Assembly: GCA_049968515.1 (NCBI GenBank)
Contig: JBMFQR010000003.1
Span: forward strand, 6,477 to 70,476
Direction: 5' to 3'
Source: Brevinematia bacterium
GTDB taxonomy: Bacteria > Spirochaetota > Brevinematia > Brevinematales > JAOACQ01
Length of the DNA: 64,000 nt
The notes under the pieces are model-generated. The model searched no databases. It was not told the origin of the DNA and saw only the letters and a program-made list of their open reading frames with translations. The position numbers were made by a program, and so were the translations under genes. Below, piece after piece: positions 30,078-39,150 of the stretch. Numbering within the stretch: position 1 is the first letter of the stretch; each line of letters starts with the position of its first letter.

Positions 30078-30638
30078 TCATCTGTTTTTCTCAAATTCAA
30101 TAATGGCCATTCCACCTTCATCTAAAAGCTTTATAATAAATTCGTCCGAAGGATTTTCGATAAATCCTGTATTTACAAGTGCCGCAAGACCAAAAGTAAA
30201 TATCCAGAGTCTGAAAAGTATCTCCTCAAGCTGTTTTTCATCAAGCTCCTTTAAATATTCTACTTTTTTCATCACCTTAATGATTTCTGCTCCTGTAGCT
30301 CTTTCAACAAACTCACTTCCGGATTGTCTTTTCATAAAACATTCTCTGAATAAGACCCTTTCCTCAAGTGCAAATTTTATGTATCCAATACCTGTATCAA
30401 GAAAGGACTCCCCAGTATAATTCTTCAACTGATAAGTAAGAAGGAGTTCGTGTGCCTTTTTAAGCAAAATTTCTTTTAGCTCTTCTATTGACTTAAAATG
30501 GCAGTAAATAGGCATTGTAGAAATACCAAGTTCCTTTGCTACACGTCTTGCTGTTATTGCATCAAATCCCTCTTTTCTTAAAACCTCAAAAGCCTTTTCT
30601 ATAATCTTTTCTTTTGAAATTATGTTCTTAGGTGGCAT
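30078..30638 (-). CDS. TetR/AcrR-family transcriptional regulator
   Basis: ATG at 30638 is preceded by GGAGAG. The HTH is FDAITARRVAKELGISTMPIYCHFKSIEEL. About 186 aa. Confidence 0.85.
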   Translation of the reverse strand: MPPKNIISKEKIIEKAFEVLRKEGFDAITARRVAKELGISTMPIYCHFKSIEELKEILLKKAHELLLTYQLKNYTGESFLDTGIGYIKFALEERVLFRECFMKRQSGSEFVERATGAEIIKVMKKVEYLKELDEKQLEEILFRLWIFTFGLAALVNTGFIENPSDEFIIKLLDEGGMAIIEFEKNR

Positions 30639-30681
30639 GCTTCTTCTCTCCATCTTACTTTGCCAGAGGAAACACAAAATA

Positions 30682-30710
30682 ATAACTATAGTTATATAAC
30701 ATAAGTTATA
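30682..30710. promoter_or_regulatory. Two abutting AT-rich palindromes, candidate TetR operator
   Basis: ATAACTATAGTTAT (30682..30695, perfect 14-nt palindrome) and TATAAC-ATAA-GTTATA (30695..30710) lie 45-70 nt upstream of the TetR start. Confidence 0.4.
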
Positions 30711-30874
30711 TTATAATACACTCTTTTTTCTGTGTCAATAGATTTTTGAAAATTTTTCGTTTTGAGAAACAAACTCTATGAAACTTTTAACATTGTCACT
30801 TTTGTCAACATTAGCGTATTTCTTGAAATTTTGTCTAAAATATATTACTCTAATATAAACTATATGGAGAAGAT

Positions 30875-31168
30875 ATGCCAGAGATAGGTATCGAAGATGT
30901 AAAAAAAATCGCAGCCCTTGCCAAGTTGGAGTTCTCTCCTGAGGAGCTTCAGGATTTTACAGAGCAGTTCAAAAAAATTGTCAGCTTTATCGAAAAGATA
31001 AGCGAACTTGACACATCCAATGTAAAACCTATGGTTTATCCAGTAGAAAACAAGAATATAACAAGGGATGATGTTATAAAAGCCTCGGCAAAGATTGAAG
31101 ACATTGAAGCAATAGCACCAGAATTTTCCAATGGATGTATTGTCGTTCCAAAAGTTATAGAATATTAG
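30875..31168 (+). CDS. gatC: Asp/Glu-tRNA(Asn/Gln) amidotransferase subunit C
   Basis: 97 aa. VKKIAALAKLEFSPEEL...F...KI..F.E...ELDT..V.P is the typical GatC pattern. Confidence 0.9.
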   Translation: MPEIGIEDVKKIAALAKLEFSPEELQDFTEQFKKIVSFIEKISELDTSNVKPMVYPVENKNITRDDVIKASAKIEDIEAIAPEFSNGCIVVPKVIEY

Positions 31169-31174
31169 TTACAT

Positions 31175-31789
31175 ATGGAAAAAAACACCTTCCCCTTTAT
31201 AAAAAACGAAATCAGCCCCAAAAATATAGACAGCCTGAGAGATTTTCTACTCGATATTGAGAAAAAAAAAGTTGTGCTTGATATTGGATGTGGACATGGA
31301 GATTTTTTAATCAGGTGTACATTGAATGATAAAGAAACTCTTTTTGTGGGAATAGAAATATCAAGAAAGAGAGCATTTAAAACTTCGGAAAGATTAAATA
31401 AAAGAGGTATTGAAAACTACAGGGTAATAAATGGGGATGGCGAATTTATACTTAAGACCTGTTTCCCTGATAGTTCTATTGATGAGATAAATGTCCTCTT
31501 TCCAGATCCATGGCTTAAGAAACATCAATGGAAAAATAGAATTTTCAAGCCTTCATTCATAATCCAGCTTATAAGGGTATTAAAAAACAATGGTGAAATA
31601 TTTTTTGCAACAGATGTAAGGGAGTATGCAGAAGAGGTTTATAGCCTTCTCAGGGAATTTAAGGAATTGAAAAATAAATACTCCAATCCATTTGAGGTAG
31701 ATATTTATCCAGACTTTCCCACATTATTTTTTAAGAAAATGAGCCCTTTAAGACCGATAAACTACATCTGTTTTAAAAAGATAAAATGA
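31175..31789 (+). CDS. trmB: tRNA (guanine46-N7)-methyltransferase
   Basis: 204 aa. Carries the SAM-binding motif LDIGCGHGDF and the motif FPDPWLKKHQWKNR. Confidence 0.9.
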   Translation: MEKNTFPFIKNEISPKNIDSLRDFLLDIEKKKVVLDIGCGHGDFLIRCTLNDKETLFVGIEISRKRAFKTSERLNKRGIENYRVINGDGEFILKTCFPDSSIDEINVLFPDPWLKKHQWKNRIFKPSFIIQLIRVLKNNGEIFFATDVREYAEEVYSLLREFKELKNKYSNPFEVDIYPDFPTLFFKKMSPLRPINYICFKKIK

Positions 31790-32696
31790 ATTTTTCAATC
31801 TCAAGAAAGGCAAAATCAACACTCATGGTCTTTGATACAATTTCAACTCTTTTAACCAGAGAAAGCACACTGCTTATGAATTTCAAATCTACCTTTGAAG
31901 AATAAAAGGCAAGCTTTTTAATTTCAAATGGTTTTATTTTAAGTTTTTCTTCCAGATTGGCTTTGTTCTTATCACCTAAAAATGACCACATAAGCTTTGC
32001 AGTCCTATAAATCATATAATTAATTTGAATTGCCGATTCCTTTGAGTCCTTTAAATCCTGAAGCGCAGTATAAGCCTTTTTCCTGTCCTTCGTGAAAATA
32101 CCATCAATCAAATCAAAAACACTATATCCCTTCTCACGGGTGAAAAGTGAACCAATAACCTCCACTGTAAGCTTTTTATCCTTCTCATAATATGAAAGAA
32201 TTATATCAAGCATTTTTATTACAGATTCAAAATTATCACACGATAAATCAGATAGGTACTCCACAATGTCCGGTTCATATAATACACCTTCTTCATTCAG
32301 TCTCTTTCTTATATAACTTAGTATATCATTCCTGTAAAACTTCTTAAAATCAATCACATCTATTCTTTCATTTTCTCCAAAGATATTATCCTCAAGCAGA
32401 ATAACAACAAATGTATCTGACACATCTCTTGAAACAAAATTGATAAGCTTCTCCTTTACCTCCCTTTTAATAGACGAATTACATCCATCAAAATTCTTTA
32501 TCACAAACAACCTTCTTGTAGAAAATAAAGAATATCCTTCCAGTTCTCCTGAAAGAAAATTGGAGCTGGCTTCATCAAGATAGATAACTTTTACATCATC
32601 ACCCTCAAAATTCTTAAGGATTTCCTCTAGATAAGTTAGCTTTAAAATCTCATTTTGTCCTGTTAGTACGGTTAGTTGTTTCAACCTTTCCTCCAA
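31773..32696 (-). CDS. holA: DNA polymerase III delta subunit
   Basis: 307 aa. The length, the SLFSTRRLFVIKNF segment, the helical C-terminal domains and the position directly after an LptE-like lipoprotein (lptE-holA synteny) support the call. The start codon is uncertain because of a 47-nt overlap. Confidence 0.65.
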   Translation of the reverse strand: MEERLKQLTVLTGQNEILKLTYLEEILKNFEGDDVKVIYLDEASSNFLSGELEGYSLFSTRRLFVIKNFDGCNSSIKREVKEKLINFVSRDVSDTFVVILLEDNIFGENERIDVIDFKKFYRNDILSYIRKRLNEEGVLYEPDIVEYLSDLSCDNFESVIKMLDIILSYYEKDKKLTVEVIGSLFTREKGYSVFDLIDGIFTKDRKKAYTALQDLKDSKESAIQINYMIYRTAKLMWSFLGDKNKANLEEKLKIKPFEIKKLAFYSSKVDLKFISSVLSLVKRVEIVSKTMSVDFAFLEIEKFILSF

Positions 32697-33261
32697 GAAT
32701 GATTACTTTATCATCAGTCTTTGAATAATCACTCTGCCACCCAAATTTTACCCTTTCTGCAAGGTGTCTTGCAGATAAATCGGAAAGATAAAGAAGAACA
32801 GCCTCATTGTTATACCTGTTGGTATCAAAAACCAGCACATATTCTTTAATTGTCTTGTCCTTCTGTAAATAATTGCGAGAATTATCAAGCAAAGAAAAGG
32901 ATAACTCGAGCGTATAAAGTAGATTATAAATATTTGTAATTTCTGTCGATTCCTTTGCATTAATTGAATCTATTGAGACAAACAAACTGGCAAAGTTAGT
33001 TTCATCACCCTCATATTCCTTTAGCCTCAAGCCATATGATTCAAAATAGAATTCAAGCTTTAACTTAAAAGGAGTGAAAAATTCTCTCTCATACTCAATA
33101 AGATTTGTAAGATTTAATCTAATGTTCTTTATGTAGTCCGGCAATCCCGCATCCTTGCCAATAAGCTCGACATTCTTGCTGGAATATAATACCCTTTCTG
33201 GCTTGTTTTTCCACGTTGTAGAGCATGAAAAAAACAGAAGCAAACAAAATAAAAAAAGCAT
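32650..33261 (-). CDS. Lipoprotein, LptE-like by position
   Basis: ATG at 33261 lies 4 nt after the tilS stop. Lipobox LLLFFSCS. It sits immediately upstream of holA, as lptE does in many diderms. There is no strong sequence motif. Confidence 0.5.
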   Translation of the reverse strand: MLFLFCLLLFFSCSTTWKNKPERVLYSSKNVELIGKDAGLPDYIKNIRLNLTNLIEYEREFFTPFKLKLEFYFESYGLRLKEYEGDETNFASLFVSIDSINAKESTEITNIYNLLYTLELSFSLLDNSRNYLQKDKTIKEYVLVFDTNRYNNEAVLLYLSDLSARHLAERVKFGWQSDYSKTDDKVIILGGKVETTNRTNRTK

Positions 33262-33265
33262 ATGA

Positions 33266-34708
33266 CTAATCCTTTGAAATCTCAAGTATTCCAACCCTTC
33301 TGGTCTCATCTGTCACATAAAATCTCTTTGAGACCCTCGCAAATTTAAAAGGAATAAAAACCAGAGCTATGACTTGATGTTCATTGGTAACCACAAGTGC
33401 ATTTCCTCTATCAAGTCTACTTATCCTGCTATCTATGAAAACATCACTGAGTTTTTTGGTTTTACCTGTATCAATTTCTATTCTATCCCCTTTTTTCACA
33501 TTTCTCAAAAAAATCTTATCAGAAAAATCCATATTGAAGAATACTTTATTCATGCAGGATTTAAAATCTTTAATTTTCACTTCATTCTTCAATGCCACAT
33601 AAAATTTAAATCTGAAATTATTTATCTCAAAACACCTTTCTTCAGAATCAATTTCAAAAATAAAGTCTGCCTCTTTTAGCCTTTCCTGTCCAGCCTCAAA
33701 TATTAAGTCCCCATAACTTGTATAAATGTTTAGCTTACTGGAAAGATAAAGTGATTTTGTTCCATTTGTCGAATATTCTTCAATCACTTTATCTATAACT
33801 CTCAAAGGCAAATAGAATTCATTCCCTGCAACCTCACTAACCACATATCTCACAAGTCTCCTTTTTAACGCAAGAGGTGGACTTAAATCAAAAAATGCCT
33901 TTTTTATCCTGTAACCCTTATCAGAAATTAGAAAGGTAGAATATCCCTTCATTTTTTCACTCCAGAATTTTTCCTCCTCCCAGATGATTTTATAGAAATC
34001 TTCTATCTTTTCTCTAAATAAAGGGAATCTTTCTTCAATCAGTGGAACAATTCTTTTTCTTATAAAATTCCTTGAATATCCAGTATCCATATTTGATGAA
34101 TCAAAAACAAAATCCATTTTCTTAATTTTTATATAGCTTTCGATCTTTTTCTTTTCAATAAAAAGAAGGGGCCTTATTAAATCATATTCTGGACTAAAAA
34201 AGCTCTTTTTTATTGGAATACCAACCAATCCGCTACCACCACACCCTTTAAGAATTCTATAAAGAATAGTTTCAAATAAGTCATCAAGATTATGTGCAGT
34301 TGCAAGCCTGTTGATTTTAAAATCCTTTATAACTTCCTCAAATTTTTTATATCTCAGTACTCTTGCAGCTTCCTCAATTGAAAGTTTATTGTTAAAAGCA
34401 AACTCCCTGACATTTACCCTGAAAGAAAAAAAAGGAATGGAAAGCCTTTCTGCTAAAGATTTACAGAAAGCCTCGTCCCTATCACTTTCATCTCCCCTTA
34501 ACATATGGTTGATATGACATAAAAACAACTGAAGAGAAAAGCTCTCCTTGATGGAGTAAAAAAGATTTGTCAATAAAACTGAATCAGCTCCACCTGATAA
34601 ACCGATAAGAACTCTATCATTCTTTTCAAGAAGGGAAAATTTCTCAAGCGTTTCAAGAAATTTATTGTTTACATAATCAATGAGGGAATTACTTTCAAGA
34701 CTACTCAT
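33266..34708 (-). CDS. tilS: tRNA(Ile)-lysidine synthetase
   Basis: 480 aa. Carries the PP-loop motif LIGLSGGADSVLL. Confidence 0.9.
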   Translation of the reverse strand: MSSLESNSLIDYVNNKFLETLEKFSLLEKNDRVLIGLSGGADSVLLTNLFYSIKESFSLQLFLCHINHMLRGDESDRDEAFCKSLAERLSIPFFSFRVNVREFAFNNKLSIEEAARVLRYKKFEEVIKDFKINRLATAHNLDDLFETILYRILKGCGGSGLVGIPIKKSFFSPEYDLIRPLLFIEKKKIESYIKIKKMDFVFDSSNMDTGYSRNFIRKRIVPLIEERFPLFREKIEDFYKIIWEEEKFWSEKMKGYSTFLISDKGYRIKKAFFDLSPPLALKRRLVRYVVSEVAGNEFYLPLRVIDKVIEEYSTNGTKSLYLSSKLNIYTSYGDLIFEAGQERLKEADFIFEIDSEERCFEINNFRFKFYVALKNEVKIKDFKSCMNKVFFNMDFSDKIFLRNVKKGDRIEIDTGKTKKLSDVFIDSRISRLDRGNALVVTNEHQVIALVFIPFKFARVSKRFYVTDETRRVGILEISKD

Positions 34709-35261
34709 TATATAAATTCATTGCTTTTTCTATCTCACCCTTAATTATTAATTCTATTGCATCACAGGCTTTTTCCATTGCTGGAATAATTACCTCCATT
34801 TCCTCTGGAGTAAACTTATCAAGAACATATTTTTCAAGCTCAACTCCGGGAGGTGGTGAACCTATACCAACTCTCACTCTCGGGAAGTTATCTGACCTGA
34901 GAAACTGAATAAGTGATTTTACACCATTATGCCCGCCACTTGAACCATATCTTCTCACCCTGATTTTTCCGGGAGGAAGATTCACATCATCACAGACAAC
35001 AACAATATTTTCCGGCATAACCCTGAGAAAACTTGCCATATAAAGAACGGCTTCCCCGCTAAGATTAACAAATGTTTGAGGCTTTAAAAGAATAACTCTT
35101 TCTTTATCAATCTTAATACGTCCTACCATTGACTTTTTCTTTTTGATATCAACTGCAGTCCCATAACGTGCAGCAAGCCTGTCCAAAACCATAAAGCCTA
35201 AATTATGCCTTGTTCCTTCATAGGTTTCTCCTGGATTACCCAGACCTACTACCAGCTTCAA
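34701..35261 (-). CDS. pth: Peptidyl-tRNA hydrolase
   Basis: 186 aa. Carries MKLVVGLGNPGETYEGTRHNLGF and GGHNGVKS. Confidence 0.95.
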   Translation of the reverse strand: MKLVVGLGNPGETYEGTRHNLGFMVLDRLAARYGTAVDIKKKKSMVGRIKIDKERVILLKPQTFVNLSGEAVLYMASFLRVMPENIVVVCDDVNLPPGKIRVRRYGSSGGHNGVKSLIQFLRSDNFPRVRVGIGSPPPGVELEKYVLDKFTPEEMEVIIPAMEKACDAIELIIKGEIEKAMNLYNE

Positions 35262-35283
35262 TTTATCACCCCCAGTGGAAAAC

Positions 35284-35832
35284 TTATTTTACTTCCACCA
35301 AAGTTGTCCCTTCATATGTTAAAATCTTATAATTACCCTTTGGTAAATCTCTAACAATTATATATTGCCCTACTTTAAGATTGGAAATGTCAACTTCAAT
35401 CTCATCAGGAAGCTTTTCTGGAGTTACAAGTATCTTTAACTTCTTTGTAAATGTGTAAAGGCTTCCACCTTCTTTAACACCAACTGGAGTTCCCTTGTAA
35501 ACAACAGGCACCTCCGTTATAAATGGCTTGTTAGGAGCAATTGCATAGAAATCAACATGTAGCAATTTCCTCGTTATCGGATGTACCTTATAATCTTTCA
35601 CAACAACCTTGTAGCTCGTTTTATCAATTACAAGATTGAGAAGATGATGTTTACCATAAAGTTTAAGAATCCTTTCAAATTCCCTGTAGTCAATACAAAG
35701 GTATAGGTTTTCCTTAATTTCAGGTCCATAAAGAACAGCTGGAATTACCCCCTCATCTCTTAATCTTTGAGAATATGATTTTCCAACCTTTTCCCTGAGA
35801 TTAGCTTTGATTGTTAATTCTTTTTTAGCCAT
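35284..35832 (-). CDS. rplY: 50S ribosomal protein L25 / general stress protein Ctc
   Basis: ATG at 35832 lies 4 nt after GGAGG (35841..35837). The sequence LRDEGVIPAVLYG fits L25, and the prs-ctc-pth synteny supports the call. Confidence 0.9.
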   Translation of the reverse strand: MAKKELTIKANLREKVGKSYSQRLRDEGVIPAVLYGPEIKENLYLCIDYREFERILKLYGKHHLLNLVIDKTSYKVVVKDYKVHPITRKLLHVDFYAIAPNKPFITEVPVVYKGTPVGVKEGGSLYTFTKKLKILVTPEKLPDEIEVDISNLKVGQYIIVRDLPKGNYKILTYEGTTLVEVK

Positions 35833-35868
35833 AAATCCTCCCATTAATTGCAAAACAAAAAAGCCATT

Positions 35869-36834
35869 TTAAACCTTTTTCTCCCAGAAAAATAGAGAAC
35901 TTACTGAGTGATTTAAGTGTATTCTTTCAATTGCTTGTCCAAACAATTCATTAACAGATAAAACAACAAGTTTATCACCTATTTTCTTTTTTTTCTCCTC
36001 TTCAATTAAAATTGTATCTGTAACAAAAATCTTATCTATGACAGAAGCCGCAAGTCTTTCAGGTGCATTGCCTGAAAAAACTGCATGAGAAGAGTACACA
36101 TAAACCTCATCAGAGCCATGTTCTTTAATAATTTTTGCAGCCTGACATATTGTACCAGCTGTATCAATCATATCATCTATCACCAATGCCTTTTTACCTT
36201 CAACACTTCCTATGAGGTGAACCACCTCGGATTCATTCTTTTTTTCTCTCCTCTTATCAAGGATCGCCATACCCACACCGATCTGCTTGGCAAAGTATCT
36301 TGACCTTTCCACTCCCCCGGTATCCGGAGAGACAACTACATACTTGGAGGTGTCAATTCCCTTCAGAGTATTCAAAAAGATTGGTATACCGTAAAGATGA
36401 TCTACCGGAATATCAAAAAACCCCTGAATCTGGGCTGTATGGAGATCCATCGAAAGAACCCTGTTAACACCAGATACTGTTAGCAAATTAGCAACCAGCT
36501 TTGCTGTAATTGGCACTCTCGGTTCGGCCTTTCTATCCTGTCTGGCATAACCGAAGTACGGTATTACCGCAGTTATCCTCTCAGCTGATGCCCTTCTTAA
36601 AGCATCCACAATTATCAAAAGCTCCATCAGATGCTTGTAGCCCGGATTACATGTGGATTGAACTACAAAGACATCCTTTCCCCTTACGTTTTCCTGTATT
36701 CTTACAAATATCTCTCCATCCTGAAACTCGGTTATCAATATATCCGTAAGATTTATACCAATATAATCTGCAATTTTCTTTGCAAGAGGGGGATTTGACC
36801 TCCCCGAAATAATACACAACTTGCTTATTGGCAC
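35869..36834 (-). CDS. prs: Ribose-phosphate pyrophosphokinase
   Basis: GTG at 36834 lies 6 nt after GGAG; the ORF-track TTG at 36852 is only 10 nt from the tRNA. Motifs include YFGYARQDRK and DLHTAQIQGFF. Confidence 0.9.
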   Translation of the reverse strand: MPISKLCIISGRSNPPLAKKIADYIGINLTDILITEFQDGEIFVRIQENVRGKDVFVVQSTCNPGYKHLMELLIIVDALRRASAERITAVIPYFGYARQDRKAEPRVPITAKLVANLLTVSGVNRVLSMDLHTAQIQGFFDIPVDHLYGIPIFLNTLKGIDTSKYVVVSPDTGGVERSRYFAKQIGVGMAILDKRREKKNESEVVHLIGSVEGKKALVIDDMIDTAGTICQAAKIIKEHGSDEVYVYSSHAVFSGNAPERLAASVIDKIFVTDTILIEEEKKKKIGDKLVVLSVNELFGQAIERIHLNHSVSSLFFWEKKV

Positions 36835-36862
36835 ATCATACTCCAAAAACAAACTAACGACA

Positions 36863-36934
36863 CTGGGGTGGAAGGATTCGAACCCTCGAATGGCGGGACC
36901 AAAACCCGCTGCCTTACCACTTGGCTACACCCCA
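36863..36934 (-). tRNA. tRNA-Gln (anticodon TTG)
   Basis: Manual cloverleaf on the minus strand: TGGGGTG..CACCCCA acceptor, anticodon arm GCGGG-TTTTGGT-CCCGC, T arm GAGGG-TTCGAAT-CCTTC. No encoded CCA. Confidence 0.9.
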
Positions 36935-36992
36935 ACACACAGTTAACTAAAAAATCAAGCACAATCTATAAAGATAAATATAAAATATAATA

Positions 36993-37244
36993 CTACTCTG
37001 ATTGATATGCTTCTAAAATAGCATTCTGCATTTTCTCTCTAAATTGAGAATTAATAGGATGAGCTATATCCTTTAATTCCCCATTTTTCGTTTTTCGAGA
37101 TGGCATTGCAATAAAAGGCCCATTATTTCCCTGAATTACCTTGATATTGTGAATAACAAAGCAATTGTCAAAAGTCACAGAAGCATAGGCCCTCAACTTA
37201 TTCTCTCCCTGCACCTTCTTAATTCTGATGTCGGTAATCTCCAT
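36993..37244 (-). CDS. spoVG: Regulatory/nucleic-acid-binding protein SpoVG
   Basis: 83 aa. [11 protein letters not shown]...[33 protein letters not shown] is the canonical SpoVG pattern. AGGAGG RBS. Confidence 0.9.
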   Translation of the reverse strand: MEITDIRIKKVQGENKLRAYASVTFDNCFVIHNIKVIQGNNGPFIAMPSRKTKNGELKDIAHPINSQFREKMQNAILEAYQSE

Positions 37245-37397
37245 AAAGTTTATCCTCCTGAAAATATTTAAAGAACATCTAAAATCTTAAAAGTCTAAAC
37301 AAATATCGGTAATTATGTGTAAAATCTGAAACAAAGGCCCCTCACAAAAAATTTAGCTTTATCGTCCAAAGAAGTTTCACTTTTAGGAGGATAAATT

Positions 37398-38243
37398 TCA
37401 TCTGTAGTAAGGTTCATCTTTTGAAACAAAACAATGTGTCATTTGTTTCAGATGCAAAAAATCTTCCTCTCTTTGAGTTTTCTCTCCATAAACTGCAACA
37501 AAAGAAGAACCACTACCACTCATAAAAAAAACATCACAATTCAGTAAACTTCTCAAACTGCTATAAACCAGTTTAAGCTCAGGAAAACCATCGAGCACAA
37601 ATTTTTCAAACTTATTATACACTATTTTCCTTAGAAAATCAACTGTTAAACAGGAAATATTTTCAAGAGAAGGCAAATTGAATGAAGGCCTTTTGTCCTT
37701 TACTAAAGAATATGCATAAGAAGTCTTTACATTAATATGAGGATAGATGATTATAAAATAAATATCTTTTAGTTTAATATTAAGTTTTTCTATTTTTTCT
37801 CCCTTTCCGCCAACTCTGCACAGACCACCATAGAGAAAAAATGGCACATCGCTTCCTGTTTCCTTGGCAATTTCAAGTATTAAATCCCTTTTAAGGCTAT
37901 ATCTGTCAGCAAAAAATTGCAATACTGCTGCCGCATTTGAACTGCCACCGCCGAGCCCAGCACATAGTGGGATATTTTTTTTTACACGGATATGGAAATA
38001 TTCCTTAAAAGAAACCCTTTTTCTCAATAGATTGATTGCCCTGTGAATTGTGGAATCTTGAGATAAATCCGGGTACTTATCAAACTCTATCCTATCTTTA
38101 TCAAGGGTTGAAACCTCAATATCAATCTCATCACAAAGAGTAACTTCCTGAAAAAGACTATCTATAAAGTGATAACCATCTTTATCATCCTGTCCCACAA
38201 TGTCAAGAAAAAGGTTTATCTTTGCCCTTGAAAATAACTTCAT
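37398..38243 (-). CDS. ispE: 4-diphosphocytidyl-2-C-methyl-D-erythritol kinase
   Basis: 281 aa. Carries AKINLFLDI and the GHMP kinase motif PLCAGLGGGSSNAAAVL. Confidence 0.9.
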   Translation of the reverse strand: MKLFSRAKINLFLDIVGQDDKDGYHFIDSLFQEVTLCDEIDIEVSTLDKDRIEFDKYPDLSQDSTIHRAINLLRKRVSFKEYFHIRVKKNIPLCAGLGGGSSNAAAVLQFFADRYSLKRDLILEIAKETGSDVPFFLYGGLCRVGGKGEKIEKLNIKLKDIYFIIIYPHINVKTSYAYSLVKDKRPSFNLPSLENISCLTVDFLRKIVYNKFEKFVLDGFPELKLVYSSLRSLLNCDVFFMSGSGSSFVAVYGEKTQREEDFLHLKQMTHCFVSKDEPYYR

Positions 38244-39150
38244 AATCCAGCCAGTTTACTATATCTTTAAAAACCCTTTCTCTGCCAGTTTCATGCAGAC
38301 ACTCATGCCTGAAATTTTCATAAATGTTTACTTTTATTGAACTAATACCCCTTTTAACATATTCCTCTGAAAGCCAGCTTATAGTTTTCAGGTTATCTCC
38401 AACTGGGTCACGAGAACCAGCTATTATTAAAACCCTTAAATTTTTAGGAATTAAAGAAAGTCTTTTCTTTCTATGGATAGTAATTAATCCCTTAAAAATA
38501 TTAAAGAAAAAGTTAAGAGAGCAAATTCTTCCACAATAAGGATCATCCAAATATTTATCAACCTCAACTTCATCAGAAGAAAGCCAGTCAACCTTTGTTC
38601 TGTTTGGTTTAAATCCAGAATTATATGGAGCAAAGGTAAGAAAATTCAATAGTTTGCTCTTGTGCCTTCCTCCGAAAATAATTTTCAGAAGGTAAGAAAG
38701 TATAAGACCAGAATAAGCCTTCAAGCCCATTTTTCCAGTTGTACCAGAAAGAATAACACCATCAATATTGCTTCCATATGTCTCGATATAAGCCTGTGAG
38801 AGGAAAGAACCAAAGCTATGCCCGAAAAGTATTACAGGTAGTCTAAATTCTTTTTTTATAAAGTCAGTAATCTCCCTGAGATCAAGAACCATCCTGTTAA
38901 AAGTGTCAGTTTTTTCAGTTATTCCAACCATCTCAACAGATTCCGAAGTTTTTCCGTGCCCCCTGTGGCTGTGTCCTACCACAAAATATCCATTTTCTAA
39001 GAGAAAACTGGCAACTTCATCATATCTCTCGATGTATTCCATCATTCCATGAGAAATCTGAACTACTGCTTTTGGATTGAAACTTCCAACCCACTTAACA
39101 CAATGTAGCTTCTTACCATCAGAGGCACTAAAATAAAATTCTTCTCTCAT
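38203..39150 (-). CDS. Alpha/beta hydrolase (lysophospholipase / monoacylglycerol-lipase-like)
   Basis: 315 aa. HGMMEY (oxyanion region), nucleophile elbow GHSFGS, and C-terminal Asp/His (SRDPV, RHECLHE). Confidence 0.8.
   Translation of the reverse strand: MREEFYFSASDGKKLHCVKWVGSFNPKAVVQISHGMMEYIERYDEVASFLLENGYFVVGHSHRGHGKTSESVEMVGITEKTDTFNRMVLDLREITDFIKKEFRLPVILFGHSFGSFLSQAYIETYGSNIDGVILSGTTGKMGLKAYSGLILSYLLKIIFGGRHKSKLLNFLTFAPYNSGFKPNRTKVDWLSSDEVEVDKYLDDPYCGRICSLNFFFNIFKGLITIHRKKRLSLIPKNLRVLIIAGSRDPVGDNLKTISWLSEEYVKRGISSIKVNIYENFRHECLHETGRERVFKDIVNWLDYEVIFKGKDKPFS

Noticed and set aside
32748-32960. 70-aa same-strand ORF nested inside the LptE-like lipoprotein gene
   Set aside because: It is an alternative frame of a gene with a good lipobox and operon context. 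It has no RBS and no recognisable motif.
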